Shown here: piece by piece, positions 10,254 through 20,908 of the stretch
How the letters are laid out: each line of letters begins with the position of its first letter
Numbering within the stretch: position 1 is the stretch's first letter
From: Candidatus Enterousia sp.
GTDB lineage: Bacteria > Pseudomonadota > Alphaproteobacteria > Rs-D84
Reading direction: 5' to 3'
NCBI GenBank assembly: GCA_045592905.1
Contig: JAZNVR010000001.1
Coordinates: 16,219-80,218 of the forward strand
Length of the DNA: 64,000 bases
Notes under the pieces: generated by a model
Databases searched by the model: none
What the model was told of the DNA's origin: nothing
Seen by the model: only the letters and a program-made list of their open reading frames with translations
Program-made: the position numbers and the translations under genes

Positions 10254-11573
10254 CTACTTTTTCAGATATACTGATGGATTATATGCCTTGGTTCCTTTAC
10301 GTATTTCAAAATGTAATTGTGGACTGTCCACTTTACCTGTTTGTCCGACAGTTCCTATTTTTTGTCCGACATTAACACGTGTTCCACGTCGTACATTCAT
10401 TGAATCCATATGTGCATACACAGTCATCCAACCGCCTGAATGCTGTATAATCACTAAATTTCCCATACCTTTTACTTCATTACCAGCATATGCAACCACA
10501 CCATTTTCAGCGGCATTTACTGCATTTCCACGTGCAGCAGAAATATTAATTCCATCATTAAACAATCCATTAGACTTTGCACCATACGCAGATAAAATCT
10601 TACCACGTACAGGCCACGCAAATTTAGATGACGATCGTGCAGAAATCGCAGGCAACTTCTTTGACGGATCCGAAGAAATCTTTTTAGGTTCTGTTTTTAC
10701 AGTTTTTACCTGTTTAACATCTGCCACAGTTTTATCTTGTTTGCTAACAGCAACTTCTTGTGTAACAGATATTGTTTTTTCAGGTGTATTTGCCTTGCTT
10801 ACTTGTACAACTGGTGCATTCGCCAAATTAGGCACACGTAATTTCTGTCCAATATGCAAATTAAATGGTGCAGACAATTTATTCATAACTGCCAAATCAT
10901 TAACTGGAATTGAATATTTTCTAGATAACGAATACAGCGTATCACCCGCAGCAACACTGATTTCTTGTAATTCAACACGTGTTGTTGTTGCAACACCACT
11001 AATAGTTTTTTTTGCATGTAATACATCATCAGACGAAACATCTTCTGACAAATGTAATCGTTGCCCCACAGACAATGTATACGGTTTATCTAGGTTATTA
11101 ATATTTGCCAGTTGTTCAACCGTCGTTCCATGTTTTTTTGCCAATCCATATAATGTATCACCACGCTGAACAATAATATCTGTACTTGCTAAATCTGCTT
11201 TTTTATATTCAGGCACACGTAATGTATCATCAGACACAACAGATTCGTTATCTACAAGTGCCTGACCATACAATGCATGTGAATTTTCATCCTGTATTTG
11301 TGGTGGGACAATATAATCATCAACACTGGCATAAACAACATAATCATCATCTTGCGATAAAGAACCATACAATTTTGGCGATGCATACACACCATAATCA
11401 GACACCGCAGAATTATAAATTTCTGGTTGTGCATAAGGGTCCGCCAACAATGCAGGATATCGTGCAGAAATAAATTCACCAACCGTATCAGGAAATGCCA
11501 ACACCCTTGGTTGCAAATCACATGCACTTTGCGTTAAAACAAGACCAACAAAAATCAAACAGATTTTTTTCAT
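10254..11573 (-). CDS. LysM-domain M23 family metallopeptidase (NlpD/EnvC-like)
   Basis: Signal peptide, two LysM repeats, and a C-terminal M23 peptidase domain (GNLVIIQHSGGWMTVYAHM). Confidence 0.75.
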   Translation of the reverse strand: MKKICLIFVGLVLTQSACDLQPRVLAFPDTVGEFISARYPALLADPYAQPEIYNSAVSDYGVYASPKLYGSLSQDDDYVVYASVDDYIVPPQIQDENSHALYGQALVDNESVVSDDTLRVPEYKKADLASTDIIVQRGDTLYGLAKKHGTTVEQLANINNLDKPYTLSVGQRLHLSEDVSSDDVLHAKKTISGVATTTRVELQEISVAAGDTLYSLSRKYSIPVNDLAVMNKLSAPFNLHIGQKLRVPNLANAPVVQVSKANTPEKTISVTQEVAVSKQDKTVADVKQVKTVKTEPKKISSDPSKKLPAISARSSSKFAWPVRGKILSAYGAKSNGLFNDGINISAARGNAVNAAENGVVAYAGNEVKGMGNLVIIQHSGGWMTVYAHMDSMNVRRGTRVNVGQKIGTVGQTGKVDSPQLHFEIRKGTKAYNPSVYLKK

Positions 11574-11593
11574 AAAGTAATTATATCATAAAA

Positions 11594-12301
11594 TTAGTCC
11601 CGACGCATAAATAAAATACTAATTTCAAATAAAAACCACATTGGTAACGCCAATAAAATTTGCGACACAATATCTGGTGGTGTTAAAACGGCAGCAACAA
11701 CAACAATAGATACAATTGCATACCTTCGTATTTGTAACAAATACTGTCGCTTTAAGATACCAATCCTGTTTAACAGTACCATAATTAATGGCAACTGAAA
11801 TACAACGCCAAACACCTTCATTAAACCAATTGCAAAATGTAAATAATCCCTTGCAACAGGAAACAAAACACTTGGCACATCAGTAACTTGATTTAATTGA
11901 ATAAAAAACCTGAAAATAACAGGTAACAAAAAATAAAATGCAAATACAGCACCACACATAAATAATATTGGTGATAGTAACAATATCGGAAAAATAAAAT
12001 TTTGTTCTGATTTTTTCAATCCGGGCGACACAAACGCCCACACATGCCATAAAAATACAGGCATCAACACAATTAACCCAACCAACCCCGCCAATGATAA
12101 ACGAATCATTAAGCCATCTGATAATCCTGTATACAATAATATTCCATCAGGCCAAACAGACAATAATGGTTTTGTCAAAAAATTTTGAACCAAGGGTGCA
12201 ATATACCACCCAATACCAAACGTTATTACAAATATAAGCACACACCACAATATACGACGACGCAGTTCTGAAAAATGTTGTAACATTGTCATTTTTTTCA
12301 T
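11594..12301 (-). CDS. tatC: twin-arginine translocase subunit TatC
   Basis: Six-TM TatC topology. Overlaps tatB by 4 bp. Confidence 0.85.
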   Translation of the reverse strand: MKKMTMLQHFSELRRRILWCVLIFVITFGIGWYIAPLVQNFLTKPLLSVWPDGILLYTGLSDGLMIRLSLAGLVGLIVLMPVFLWHVWAFVSPGLKKSEQNFIFPILLLSPILFMCGAVFAFYFLLPVIFRFFIQLNQVTDVPSVLFPVARDYLHFAIGLMKVFGVVFQLPLIMVLLNRIGILKRQYLLQIRRYAIVSIVVVAAVLTPPDIVSQILLALPMWFLFEISILFMRRD

Positions 12302-12594
12302 TTACGAATCCTGCCACGTTTTTTTTGTACATTTGTTTTTTTTCTTGGAATTACAGCAGAAAATTCATTCAACACATCATTTGTTGTTGAACGAATCAAA
12401 TCATCAATGGGTTTTTCTAAATCTATTTGTTGTTTTATATTTTCAGACGCATCTGTTATTTTCCATATAACCTGTCGCACAAAACTAACAACTTTGGCCA
12501 AGAACCTTGCGACATCTGGCCACATGCGTGATGGAATAACCAACACTGCGACTAATATAATTACAAAAAATTCAGCCCAACTAATTCCAAACAT
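12298..12594 (-). CDS. tatB: twin-arginine translocase subunit TatB
   Basis: TatA/B fold (N-terminal TM helix plus amphipathic helix, MFGISWAEFFVI), located upstream of tatC. Confidence 0.65.
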   Translation of the reverse strand: MFGISWAEFFVIILVAVLVIPSRMWPDVARFLAKVVSFVRQVIWKITDASENIKQQIDLEKPIDDLIRSTTNDVLNEFSAVIPRKKTNVQKKRGRIRK

Positions 12595-12597
12595 TTT

Positions 12598-13215
12598 TTA
12601 ATCATAAAAATCATCACCACCACTGGTACTGATTGTTTTATGTCGCCCAATTTGAAAGAAATTTTTACCAAAATTAGTTTTTTCTGTCAAACCACGAAAC
12701 GCAACATCAGTTGTCATTCCTGTTGCATCAACAACAGACCAAGAGTTTAATTTCACTGGTTTTTTATCAAAAATAACTGTCATATAACCCAACCCCTCTT
12801 GTCCACGCAAATTCATTTTTAACGAGAATGTTTTTTGCATATCATTTGTTTCAACAACACTAATATCTGAATTTTTCAAATCTATATTTTTCCTTATTAA
12901 AATCCCTGCTGGTGTACTGGTCAAAGGCACTGTTGTAATCTGATCTAATGATTTATCAAAAAAATATAAATCCTGGCCATCTGAAATCAGTTGAATTGGC
13001 ATATTATCATAGTCCAATCTGACACGACCTGGACGCAACATTGAAAAAGTCCCCTGCTCTTGCTTGCCATTAGCGGTTTGTATAAAAGTACCTGTTAACC
13101 CAGTTACAGAATTTAGATATTTTTCAGCATCAGATATCAATTTTGTATCCACACCCGCAAATGCACCAACGAACACAAACATGCACATACAAGAAACCAA
13201 AATTTTTTTCAACAT
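12598..13215 (-). CDS. LolA-like outer-membrane lipoprotein carrier protein
   Basis: Signal peptide. Roughly 200-aa soluble beta-rich protein with an LolA-like profile. Confidence 0.45.
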   Translation of the reverse strand: MLKKILVSCMCMFVFVGAFAGVDTKLISDAEKYLNSVTGLTGTFIQTANGKQEQGTFSMLRPGRVRLDYDNMPIQLISDGQDLYFFDKSLDQITTVPLTSTPAGILIRKNIDLKNSDISVVETNDMQKTFSLKMNLRGQEGLGYMTVIFDKKPVKLNSWSVVDATGMTTDVAFRGLTEKTNFGKNFFQIGRHKTISTSGGDDFYD

Positions 13216-13218
13216 ACC

Positions 13219-14184
13219 TTATACCTCCTTGAACAAATCCAAAACACGTGTCCGAACATTTTCCAAATTATCTTTCACAATTGCACCCGCAGCACGTTCG
13301 TGGCCACCACCACCCAACGCAACAGCAATTTCATCAATCGGTTTTTTACGACTGCGTATAGAAATACCAATTTGTTCTGACTTTTGTTCTTTCAACAGAA
13401 CAATATATTCAACACCATGAATTTGTCCCAATAAATTTAATACTGTTTCACCACGTCCATCCAAATATTTATAGTCTTTTTTACAAACAGTGGCCAACGC
13501 CAAACGACCACCATAAAAGAACTCTGCATTTGCAGCGGTTCGTGCCTCTAATTGAACAGCCTTGCGTTGCTTATTATTCATTAATTCTATCAGATTACGA
13601 ATATTTACACCACTATCAACCAAATCAGCCATTACACGCAGTGCATCACCATTACGTACAAATTTGAAATTTCCAGTATCAGTTAAAATTCCCAACGCCA
13701 ATAAATCTGATGCACATGCATCTATTTTCAATCCAGACATTTGAATTATTTTATACACAATTATTGCCGTTGCAGCAGCAGTATCATCATTGATACACAA
13801 ATGACCAACTGTATTTTCATTTTTATGATGATCTATTTCAATTACAAACCCAGCACTATCAACAATTGGTTGTGCACCACCAATATGGGCGGGATTCCCA
13901 TAATCCATAACAATCGCCAAATCAAATCGTGTATTCATATCTACACGTTCAAAATATCTTATATGATTGCGTAATGGTATATTGTCCAAACTATCCGAAA
14001 TATTGCCATCATATACACACACAGGACGTACACCAAAGTTTATTTCTATTATATGTGCCAGTGCCAAAACACTGCAAATAGAATCACCATCTGGGTTTTT
14101 ATGTCCCATAATCGCAATTGTTTTTGCAGAACGTATATGTTCTAAAAAATCTTTTATTTTTACATTCATCTTTCTATACAGCAA
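13219..14184 (-). CDS. nrnA: DHH/DHHA1 phosphoesterase (NrnA-like nanoRNase / pAp phosphatase)
   Basis: DHH motif GHKNPDGDS and DHHA1 motif GGGGHERAAG. Confidence 0.7.
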   Translation of the reverse strand: MLYRKMNVKIKDFLEHIRSAKTIAIMGHKNPDGDSICSVLALAHIIEINFGVRPVCVYDGNISDSLDNIPLRNHIRYFERVDMNTRFDLAIVMDYGNPAHIGGAQPIVDSAGFVIEIDHHKNENTVGHLCINDDTAAATAIIVYKIIQMSGLKIDACASDLLALGILTDTGNFKFVRNGDALRVMADLVDSGVNIRNLIELMNNKQRKAVQLEARTAANAEFFYGGRLALATVCKKDYKYLDGRGETVLNLLGQIHGVEYIVLLKEQKSEQIGISIRSRKKPIDEIAVALGGGGHERAAGAIVKDNLENVRTRVLDLFKEV

Positions 14185-15925
14185 TATCTTCTAGTACGAA
14201 TTGAACATTTGTATGTCCATTATATTCGTTTTCTTTCAGTTTACCCAACATCATTATTTTAGTATTTGTATTCGCATCGTCTAGTAAAAAATTACCAACA
14301 GGCGTTCCGACCAAGTTAAAGCCAACAAACGCCAATTGTGTACCTGCACTGGTTACAACTGTTCCACGCAAATGATTACCAGCACTACCCATAACAGATG
14401 CAAAACGCAATGACGCACCACGCAATACCAACATTGGTTCAGGATTTCCTTGGCCAAATGGTTCCAACACATTTAACTGTTTAACTAATTTCATTGTTGC
14501 ACCACCTGCATCTAATTGTGCATCAACAAAAACTTCTGGTTGCGGAATATGACCATGCAACTGTTCCATAACAGCACGTTCCAAGAATTCACAAAAATCA
14601 TTTTGTTTATCTTCTGTTAACGAGAATCCAGCAGCTGCAGCATGTCCACCACCTTCACTAATAATACCAGCAGCCAGCGCATCATGAATAATTTTTCCCA
14701 AATCTACACCTGGTATTGAACGACCAGAACCATTTATCTGTCCATCTGATTTTGTTGCGACACATGACGGCAAATTAAATTTATCCTTTAATCGTCCAGC
14801 GATAATTCCCATCACGCCACCATGCCAATTATCACCACAAACAAACAAACTACATTTTCCAGACTGGCAACATTTTTCTGCCATTTGCGTTGCAGATAAC
14901 ATAATTGCATTTTGAATATCAATACGTTCTTGATTCATTTGATGCAATTTATTTGCCAAATCATTTGCGATTAACGGATTATCAGTTAACAATAATTCCA
15001 ATGCAGGCGATGCAGAATCCAAACGCCCTGCGGCATTTAATCTTGGCCCCAATGCAAATCCTGCAGCATATACAGAAGGTTTTTTTATTCCAGCCAAATC
15101 CATCAAAACACGCAATCCCAGATTTTGACGCAATCCCAAAACCTTTAATCCAGTTGAAACAAAAGCACGATTTAAGCCCACCAATGGCATCGTATCACAA
15201 ATGGTTCCCAATGCGACTAAATCAAGATAATTTAATAAATTTTCATTCTGTAATTTATTCGCCAAAACAGCATCAAGATTTCTAGATTTCAGTTCACGAT
15301 TAACTGCAACTAATGTTAAAAAAGCAACACCAACACCGGCCAAATAAGACAACCCAGACTTATCATCAATACGTTTTGGATTTACTACCGCATCTGCATT
15401 TGGAATTATATTATCTGGGGAATGATGATCTGTTACAACAACACTTAATCCATGTTTTTTAGCAAAATCTACTTCTTCAATTCCACTGATTCCACAATCA
15501 ACAGTTATCATTAAATCAACATTATCATTAACAATATCTGCAATTGCATCATTATTTAATCCATAACCTTCACCTTCACGTGTAGGCAAATGCCAAACAA
15601 CATCAACCCCCAATGCACGCAGATATTTTACAAATACCGCAGTTGACGTAATACCATCAACGTCATAATCACCATATATTGCTATTTTTTTATGATTTTC
15701 AATTGCATCTGCAATCAATTGCGATGCCACATCCATATCTTGCAACACAGATGGGTTTGGCATATATTCTTTGATACTGGGGGACAAAAAAAGTTCAATA
15801 TCCGCATCAGACACAATCCCACGTCCTTTTAGAATATTTTTCACTAAATTTTCAGTACCACAAACATCATCATACACAGACACCCATGCCATCCCCAGCA
15901 TGGATTTATCAACTATTCTCTTCAC
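14174..15925 (-). CDS. recJ: single-stranded-DNA-specific exonuclease RecJ
   Basis: DHH (IYGDYDVDG) and DHHA1 (GGGHAAAAG) motifs, 583 aa. Overlaps nrnA by 11 bp. Confidence 0.85.
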   Translation of the reverse strand: MKRIVDKSMLGMAWVSVYDDVCGTENLVKNILKGRGIVSDADIELFLSPSIKEYMPNPSVLQDMDVASQLIADAIENHKKIAIYGDYDVDGITSTAVFVKYLRALGVDVVWHLPTREGEGYGLNNDAIADIVNDNVDLMITVDCGISGIEEVDFAKKHGLSVVVTDHHSPDNIIPNADAVVNPKRIDDKSGLSYLAGVGVAFLTLVAVNRELKSRNLDAVLANKLQNENLLNYLDLVALGTICDTMPLVGLNRAFVSTGLKVLGLRQNLGLRVLMDLAGIKKPSVYAAGFALGPRLNAAGRLDSASPALELLLTDNPLIANDLANKLHQMNQERIDIQNAIMLSATQMAEKCCQSGKCSLFVCGDNWHGGVMGIIAGRLKDKFNLPSCVATKSDGQINGSGRSIPGVDLGKIIHDALAAGIISEGGGHAAAAGFSLTEDKQNDFCEFLERAVMEQLHGHIPQPEVFVDAQLDAGGATMKLVKQLNVLEPFGQGNPEPMLVLRGASLRFASVMGSAGNHLRGTVVTSAGTQLAFVGFNLVGTPVGNFLLDDANTNTKIMMLGKLKENEYNGHTNVQFVLEDIAV

Positions 15926-15966
15926 GATATACTCTTTTTTATTATCAAGTATATTATAATCTAAAT

Positions 15967-17601
15967 TTATTCAAATAGCAATGGCAGTATAGCATTTAAG
16001 ATTTTTGCAGTTGTTGGCACCGCATTTTGTGATGCTGTTCGCCACCAACCGCTTTCCGCAACACGTTGTGGTTCGTCCAGCACAACCAACATTATATACT
16101 GTGGTGCTTCAATTGGAAACACTGTTACATACGATGTTATATTACGATGTTTATCAACTTTATTATTTGTATATTTTTCTGCTGTTGATGTTTTTCCGCC
16201 AATATTAATACCTGCAATACGAGCCTTTTTACCACTTGTTTCTTCTGCAACACGCAACATAATTGGACGAATTTGTGCAGACACCTCGTCTGACAATACA
16301 CGTTCACCATGGACTGCACCTATATTTCTTTTTTGCAACGTTGGATAAATATAAATACCACCATTTGTAACTGCATTTACCCCCAGCATTAAATGCATTG
16401 GCGTAACAGCATACCCCTGGCCATATGCAACCGTTGCACGTTCCACAGGGCCCCACTTTTTTTGTGGTAATGTATTTTCTGTACGTCCAAAATCCAGGCT
16501 TAACGCCTTATCCATATGTAATCTTTCAAAAAACTCTTTTTGTGCACCATCTGGCAATTCCAACGCAATTTGTGCACTTCCCACGTTGCAAGAATGCAGC
16601 ATTATTTCTTCTACATTTAAATTCGGACGTGGTGGCTTAAAACTGCTAATATCAGAAATTGTACGTTCTATTTTATTATGCTTATTATAAATCGGGAATG
16701 GTTTTGACACAGGATATTCTTTTTTCAATGAAATCCCATTTTCCAGTGCCAATGCTGTATTAAATATCTTAAAAATAGATCCTAATTCATACACATTACG
16801 CATTGGTTTGAACGTATGATTTGCAATTGGGTCAGAACGCAATTCTGGATCAAAATCAGGCAACGATACCATTGCCAACATTTCCCCCGTACGAGAATTC
16901 ATCAACATTCCCATTGCCGCTTTGGATTTATATATTTGCATTGCCTGTGATAATTGTTCATAAAATACACTTTGTATTCTGGAATCAACAGACAAACGTA
17001 ACGGATCCTTATTTTCTTTCAAATAATCATTGAAATAAGATTCTGCCCCCTCTTGTCCTTCGCCATTACGCCCAACGATACCAACAACATGTGAAAACAA
17101 TCGTCTTTTTGGATACGTCCTAATCTGATGTTCTGTAACATCCAGGCCTGTTAAATGTGCATTTTTCACTAATTTTATTTGTCGTTCTGTTGCCCTATCC
17201 GTCAACAGCACATACCCTCTTTCTGGTTTAACCAACTTTAAGGCATCTGACAATGAATATTTATAAGGGAACATTTCATGAATTAATCCTGCGATTTTTT
17301 CCCTGTCTTTATCTTTCACATGCTTGTTAATTAATTCTATCCGACCAGACGCAACATTTTTCGCCAGAATATCACCATTTCTATCAACGATATCTGCACG
17401 CTGAATCGCCCATTCTTCAACAGTTCCTGCGGAACGAACCCTGTTTGTACCCTGAATTGTCAGTTGCAACGTACGCCCTGCGAATAGAATAAACGCACCC
17501 ATAACACAGGTACATATAAACTTTAACCTGCCCCGCACATACGTATCATCACGCAGTGCCACAAATTTATGTTTTAAAACATCCTTTCCTACTTCAAACA
17601 T
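15967..17601 (-). CDS. ftsI: peptidoglycan D,D-transpeptidase FtsI (PBP3)
   Basis: N-terminal TM. Transpeptidase motifs SxxK (GSIFK), SCN and KTS/KTG. Confidence 0.8.
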   Translation of the reverse strand: MFEVGKDVLKHKFVALRDDTYVRGRLKFICTCVMGAFILFAGRTLQLTIQGTNRVRSAGTVEEWAIQRADIVDRNGDILAKNVASGRIELINKHVKDKDREKIAGLIHEMFPYKYSLSDALKLVKPERGYVLLTDRATERQIKLVKNAHLTGLDVTEHQIRTYPKRRLFSHVVGIVGRNGEGQEGAESYFNDYLKENKDPLRLSVDSRIQSVFYEQLSQAMQIYKSKAAMGMLMNSRTGEMLAMVSLPDFDPELRSDPIANHTFKPMRNVYELGSIFKIFNTALALENGISLKKEYPVSKPFPIYNKHNKIERTISDISSFKPPRPNLNVEEIMLHSCNVGSAQIALELPDGAQKEFFERLHMDKALSLDFGRTENTLPQKKWGPVERATVAYGQGYAVTPMHLMLGVNAVTNGGIYIYPTLQKRNIGAVHGERVLSDEVSAQIRPIMLRVAEETSGKKARIAGINIGGKTSTAEKYTNNKVDKHRNITSYVTVFPIEAPQYIMLVVLDEPQRVAESGWWRTASQNAVPTTAKILNAILPLLFE

Positions 17602-17918
17602 TACTTTTGCTTTTTATTTGGCAGATTTTCAATTTCAACAGACTTGTTGAAATTAATAACTTCTGACTTTGGTGATTTTTCTTTGATAATATTTCCCAAT
17701 ATTTCAAACCGCAACATTGACGAGAATTTTGTTTTTTCTTTTGCAACCATTTGTTGTGTATCAACAATCTGTTTATGAACCATATCAATTTCTGTTCTTT
17801 GCACACGATACGCCACCTGTAACACAGCAGCCAACATTGCCGCAACAATCAAAGAACACCAACCTATATTAAACAGTTTATCATCATCATTCATGTTATT
17901 ATTCCCACATACAATCAA
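17601..17918 (-). CDS. ftsL: FtsL-like cell-division protein
   Basis: Small bitopic protein with a coiled coil, immediately upstream of ftsI. Confidence 0.4.
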   Translation of the reverse strand: MIVCGNNNMNDDDKLFNIGWCSLIVAAMLAAVLQVAYRVQRTEIDMVHKQIVDTQQMVAKEKTKFSSMLRFEILGNIIKEKSPKSEVINFNKSVEIENLPNKKQK

Positions 17919-17934
17919 ACTATTGCATATTGTA

Positions 17935-18297
17935 TCACAAATTATGCAAAAAACGAACCATAGAATTTACACCATTTAATCTTGAAGCACCCAAATTCAA
18001 ATTTAAATCTTGAAACATTTTCAATAAATCTATCTGTCTAAATTCATCTGGTTTTTTACCATCAATCATAGATAAAATTATTGCGACAATTCCACGCACA
18101 ATTGCCGAATCGGCACGACCATAAAACCTATCTCCAAGCCGACATATTTGCACAAAAGACGAACAACCAATAATATCTGTACACGTTGCATTATCTGGCA
18201 CAGGTTCTAGTTTTTTTCCAAAATCCATAACCATTTCTAATTTTTCAACTGGACTGGGTATTGAATCTAAAATTTTTTGTATATCTTGAAATTTCAT
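17935..18297 (-). CDS. sufE: cysteine desulfuration protein SufE
   Basis: Conserved active-site context IIGCSSFVQI. Confidence 0.7.
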   Translation of the reverse strand: MKFQDIQKILDSIPSPVEKLEMVMDFGKKLEPVPDNATCTDIIGCSSFVQICRLGDRFYGRADSAIVRGIVAIILSMIDGKKPDEFRQIDLLKMFQDLNLNLGASRLNGVNSMVRFLHNL

Positions 18298-18300
18298 TTA

Positions 18301-18615
18301 TTACCATCCCTGATTTGTCAAATCTAATTCCAAACGTGCCACATCCGACATTCGTGATAAATCCCATGGCGGATCCCAAACCAAATCAACACGTACAGGT
18401 ATTTCGCCTGCGACAGCCTGTGCAGAAGAACGTACTTGTTCCAACAATTCTTCCATCATTGGACATGTTGGACTGGTAAAAGTCATTTTTATCACAACAA
18501 TATCGTCTGCGATATCTATATCATAAATCAAACCCATATCCCAAATATTAACTGGAATTTCTGGATCGTATATTTTTTTGAACGCATTTATAAAATCTTG
18601 TTTATCTATCGTCAT
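18301..18615 (-). CDS. sufT: Fe-S assembly protein SufT (DUF59/MIP18 family)
   Basis: DUF59 signature (FTSPTCP). Confidence 0.65.
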   Translation of the reverse strand: MTIDKQDFINAFKKIYDPEIPVNIWDMGLIYDIDIADDIVVIKMTFTSPTCPMMEELLEQVRSSAQAVAGEIPVRVDLVWDPPWDLSRMSDVARLELDLTNQGW

Positions 18616-19700
18616 TGCACAATATCTTTGATAACCTTAACAACATCTTTGATTTCATCAATTGTATTATATCCACCAACAGAAATTCTGATACTGCCAT
18701 CAATTCCCAGATATTTATGTATCCATGATGCACACATATTACCGGCACGAACACAAACATTATGTGCACCAATTAATGTTCCAACATCCAACACATGCAT
18801 ATCTGTTACCACAAAAGACAACAGCACAGAATCACGTTTTGATATTATTTTTATTTTATCAATACTGGATAGTTCATCATATAAATATCGTATCAAACTT
18901 AAATCCGGTCTGTTATCAATTATATTTTTTATTGCAACCCCCATCCCAGCGATTTGTGTTAATGGTAATGTTCCTGCTTCAAATATATCTGGTGCACAAT
19001 TAAACAAAATATCATCACCGACAATTTTATTTACCATTCCACCACCAAAAACAACAGGATGAAACATATTCGGATTTTTTATATATAAAACCCCTATACC
19101 TGTATCTGCACCAATTTTATGTCCAGAAAAACACAAAAAATCACAATCCCAGTTTTTTACATCTATTTTATTATGTACAACAAATTGTGCAGCGTCTATC
19201 ACAGTTATAACATTTGGATTTTTTTGTTTTGCAGCACTAATTATTTTCTGCACATCTTGTGCAACACCAATAACATTTGACATTGCCGTTATAACCAAGA
19301 CATCCACACATGGAATATTGTATACATCTATATTTAACGCATCATCCAATGGACATACAATGATATTTGCCCCTGTCATAACAAATGGTAACCTGGCACT
19401 ATGATGATCCAAATCAGATACACCAACACGCATTTCAGATGACAGATTTAACATTTTTGCAATTAAATTCATTCCCGCAGTTGTACCAGATGTAAATACA
19501 ACATTTTCCGTATCTGCACCAATAAATTCAGCCACACATTCCCTAGCATTTCTAAGCATTATATCTGTATAATCTGCCCGTTTACAAATTCCACGTCCGG
19601 AATTAGCATAATGATTCGTTAAAAAGTCCACCTGTGCATCAATAACAGACTGTGGTTTCAAATAACTTGCCGCAGCATCTAAGTATATGATTTTATTCAT
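18612..19700 (-). CDS. sufS: cysteine desulfurase (class V aminotransferase, SufS-like)
   Basis: PLP lysine motif SGHKIGADTG. 4-bp overlap with sufT. Confidence 0.8.
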   Translation of the reverse strand: MNKIIYLDAAASYLKPQSVIDAQVDFLTNHYANSGRGICKRADYTDIMLRNARECVAEFIGADTENVVFTSGTTAGMNLIAKMLNLSSEMRVGVSDLDHHSARLPFVMTGANIIVCPLDDALNIDVYNIPCVDVLVITAMSNVIGVAQDVQKIISAAKQKNPNVITVIDAAQFVVHNKIDVKNWDCDFLCFSGHKIGADTGIGVLYIKNPNMFHPVVFGGGMVNKIVGDDILFNCAPDIFEAGTLPLTQIAGMGVAIKNIIDNRPDLSLIRYLYDELSSIDKIKIISKRDSVLLSFVVTDMHVLDVGTLIGAHNVCVRAGNMCASWIHKYLGIDGSIRISVGGYNTIDEIKDVVKVIKDIVQ

Positions 19701-19775
19701 TTATGATTTCTCTTGCATTTTACGATGATTATAATACACTCGCTTGGAATATCAACAAAAGAAGGAGAAAAAAAG

Positions 19776-20099
19776 ATGGCTTTGGAACACGCAAACGATA
19801 CAACAATTGATACATTAATCAGTGATGGTATTACATTGGTTGACTTCTGGGCATCTTGGTGCGGCCCATGCCGTATGTTTGGTCCAATATTTGAAGCAAC
19901 ATCACAAAAAGTATCTGATGTTACATTTGTAAAATTTGAGATTGACGAATCAAACCGACGAACCCCTGCAAAATACGGCATACGCAGTATTCCTAGTGTG
20001 TTGGCATTCAAAAATGGCGAATTAGTTGAGGCTCGCACAGGTCTGATGGACGAAGATACATTACTTGATTGGATAAATGAATTAAAAGGGGTACAATAA
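19776..20099 (+). CDS. trxA: thioredoxin
   Basis: WCGPC active site. RBS GAAGGAGA precedes the ATG at 19776. The ORF-track start at 19713 is an unlikely extension. Confidence 0.85.
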   Translation: MALEHANDTTIDTLISDGITLVDFWASWCGPCRMFGPIFEATSQKVSDVTFVKFEIDESNRRTPAKYGIRSIPSVLAFKNGELVEARTGLMDEDTLLDWINELKGVQ

Positions 20100-20527
20100 T
20101 GGCAAAAGCAAATTACAAGACAATTGAATTGCCTGCAAAATACACACCAAAAAAAACAGAACCATATATGTGTCCTGAACAATTGGCATATTTTTATAAT
20201 ATCTTGAAAACACAAAAAGATGAACTAGAAAGCGACAGTGATTCGGTATTAAACGCTGTACGTATGGCAGAAAAAACAGAAAGTGTCGGTGTTGGTGACG
20301 AATCGGACAACGCATCTTACAACCAAGATATAACCATGGATTTACGTATATCCGAACGCAACAATAAATTATTGCAAAAAATTAATGCCGCCTTGGCCCG
20401 CATGGAAAATGGCGAATATGGATACAGCGTAATATCTGGCGACGAAATCGGATTAAAACGTATGATGGCACGACCATTGGCCACCATGACAATTGAAGAA
20501 CAAGAAGAATACGAAAATCGCAGATAA
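20099..20527 (+). CDS. DksA/TraR-family RNA-polymerase-binding protein, apparently lacking the C4 zinc finger
   Basis: Coiled-coil with Asp-rich tip (DESD), DksA-like length, and an ATGA overlap with trxA. The C-terminal Cys residues are absent. Confidence 0.5.
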   Translation: MAKANYKTIELPAKYTPKKTEPYMCPEQLAYFYNILKTQKDELESDSDSVLNAVRMAEKTESVGVGDESDNASYNQDITMDLRISERNNKLLQKINAALARMENGEYGYSVISGDEIGLKRMMARPLATMTIEEQEEYENRR

Positions 20528-20553
20528 AAAAACCGGCTTTTGCCGGTTTTTTT
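20526..20553 (+). terminator. rho-independent terminator
   Basis: AACCGGC-TTTT-GCCGGTT followed by T7. Confidence 0.7.
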
Positions 20554-20579
20554 CAACCCGCTATCTCACCATAAAAAAC

Positions 20580-20607
20580 TTGACAAACATTATTTTTATA
20601 CTATATT
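20580..20607 (+). promoter_or_regulatory. sigma70-like promoter (TTGACA-N16-TATATT)
   Basis: Near-consensus -35 and -10 boxes upstream of the 20634 ORF. Confidence 0.45.
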
Positions 20608-20633
20608 CTGCCTATTAAAATTAGGTAATAAAT

Positions 20634-20882
20634 ATGAATAGCGAAAATAAAAATAATCTTTTTAACGGCATAGATTTTATACGCCTTATGTATAACGGTA
20701 TGGCAACTGGTCAAATAATTCATGGTTCAAAAGAACTGATACAAAATGGATACGACAAAGAAAAACTTATTACTTTACTTATGTGGACAGTACTTTTTGT
20801 ATATTCCGCAGGACGTTTGTATCAATCATATAAAACCAGAAAAGAAAACCAGGAAACTCAAAACAACCAATATCAAAGATAA
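20634..20882 (+). CDS. hypothetical small membrane protein
   Basis: 82 aa with one hydrophobic helix. Confidence 0.3.
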   Translation: MNSENKNNLFNGIDFIRLMYNGMATGQIIHGSKELIQNGYDKEKLITLLMWTVLFVYSAGRLYQSYKTRKENQETQNNQYQR

Positions 20883-20908
20883 AAATACCCGCCAATTGAC
20901 GGGTAATT

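Noticed and set aside
19713-19775. Upstream extension of thioredoxin (MHFTMIIIHSLGISTKEGEKK)
   Set aside because: The RBS GAAGGAGA sits directly before the ATG at 19776. The extension has no counterpart in thioredoxins.
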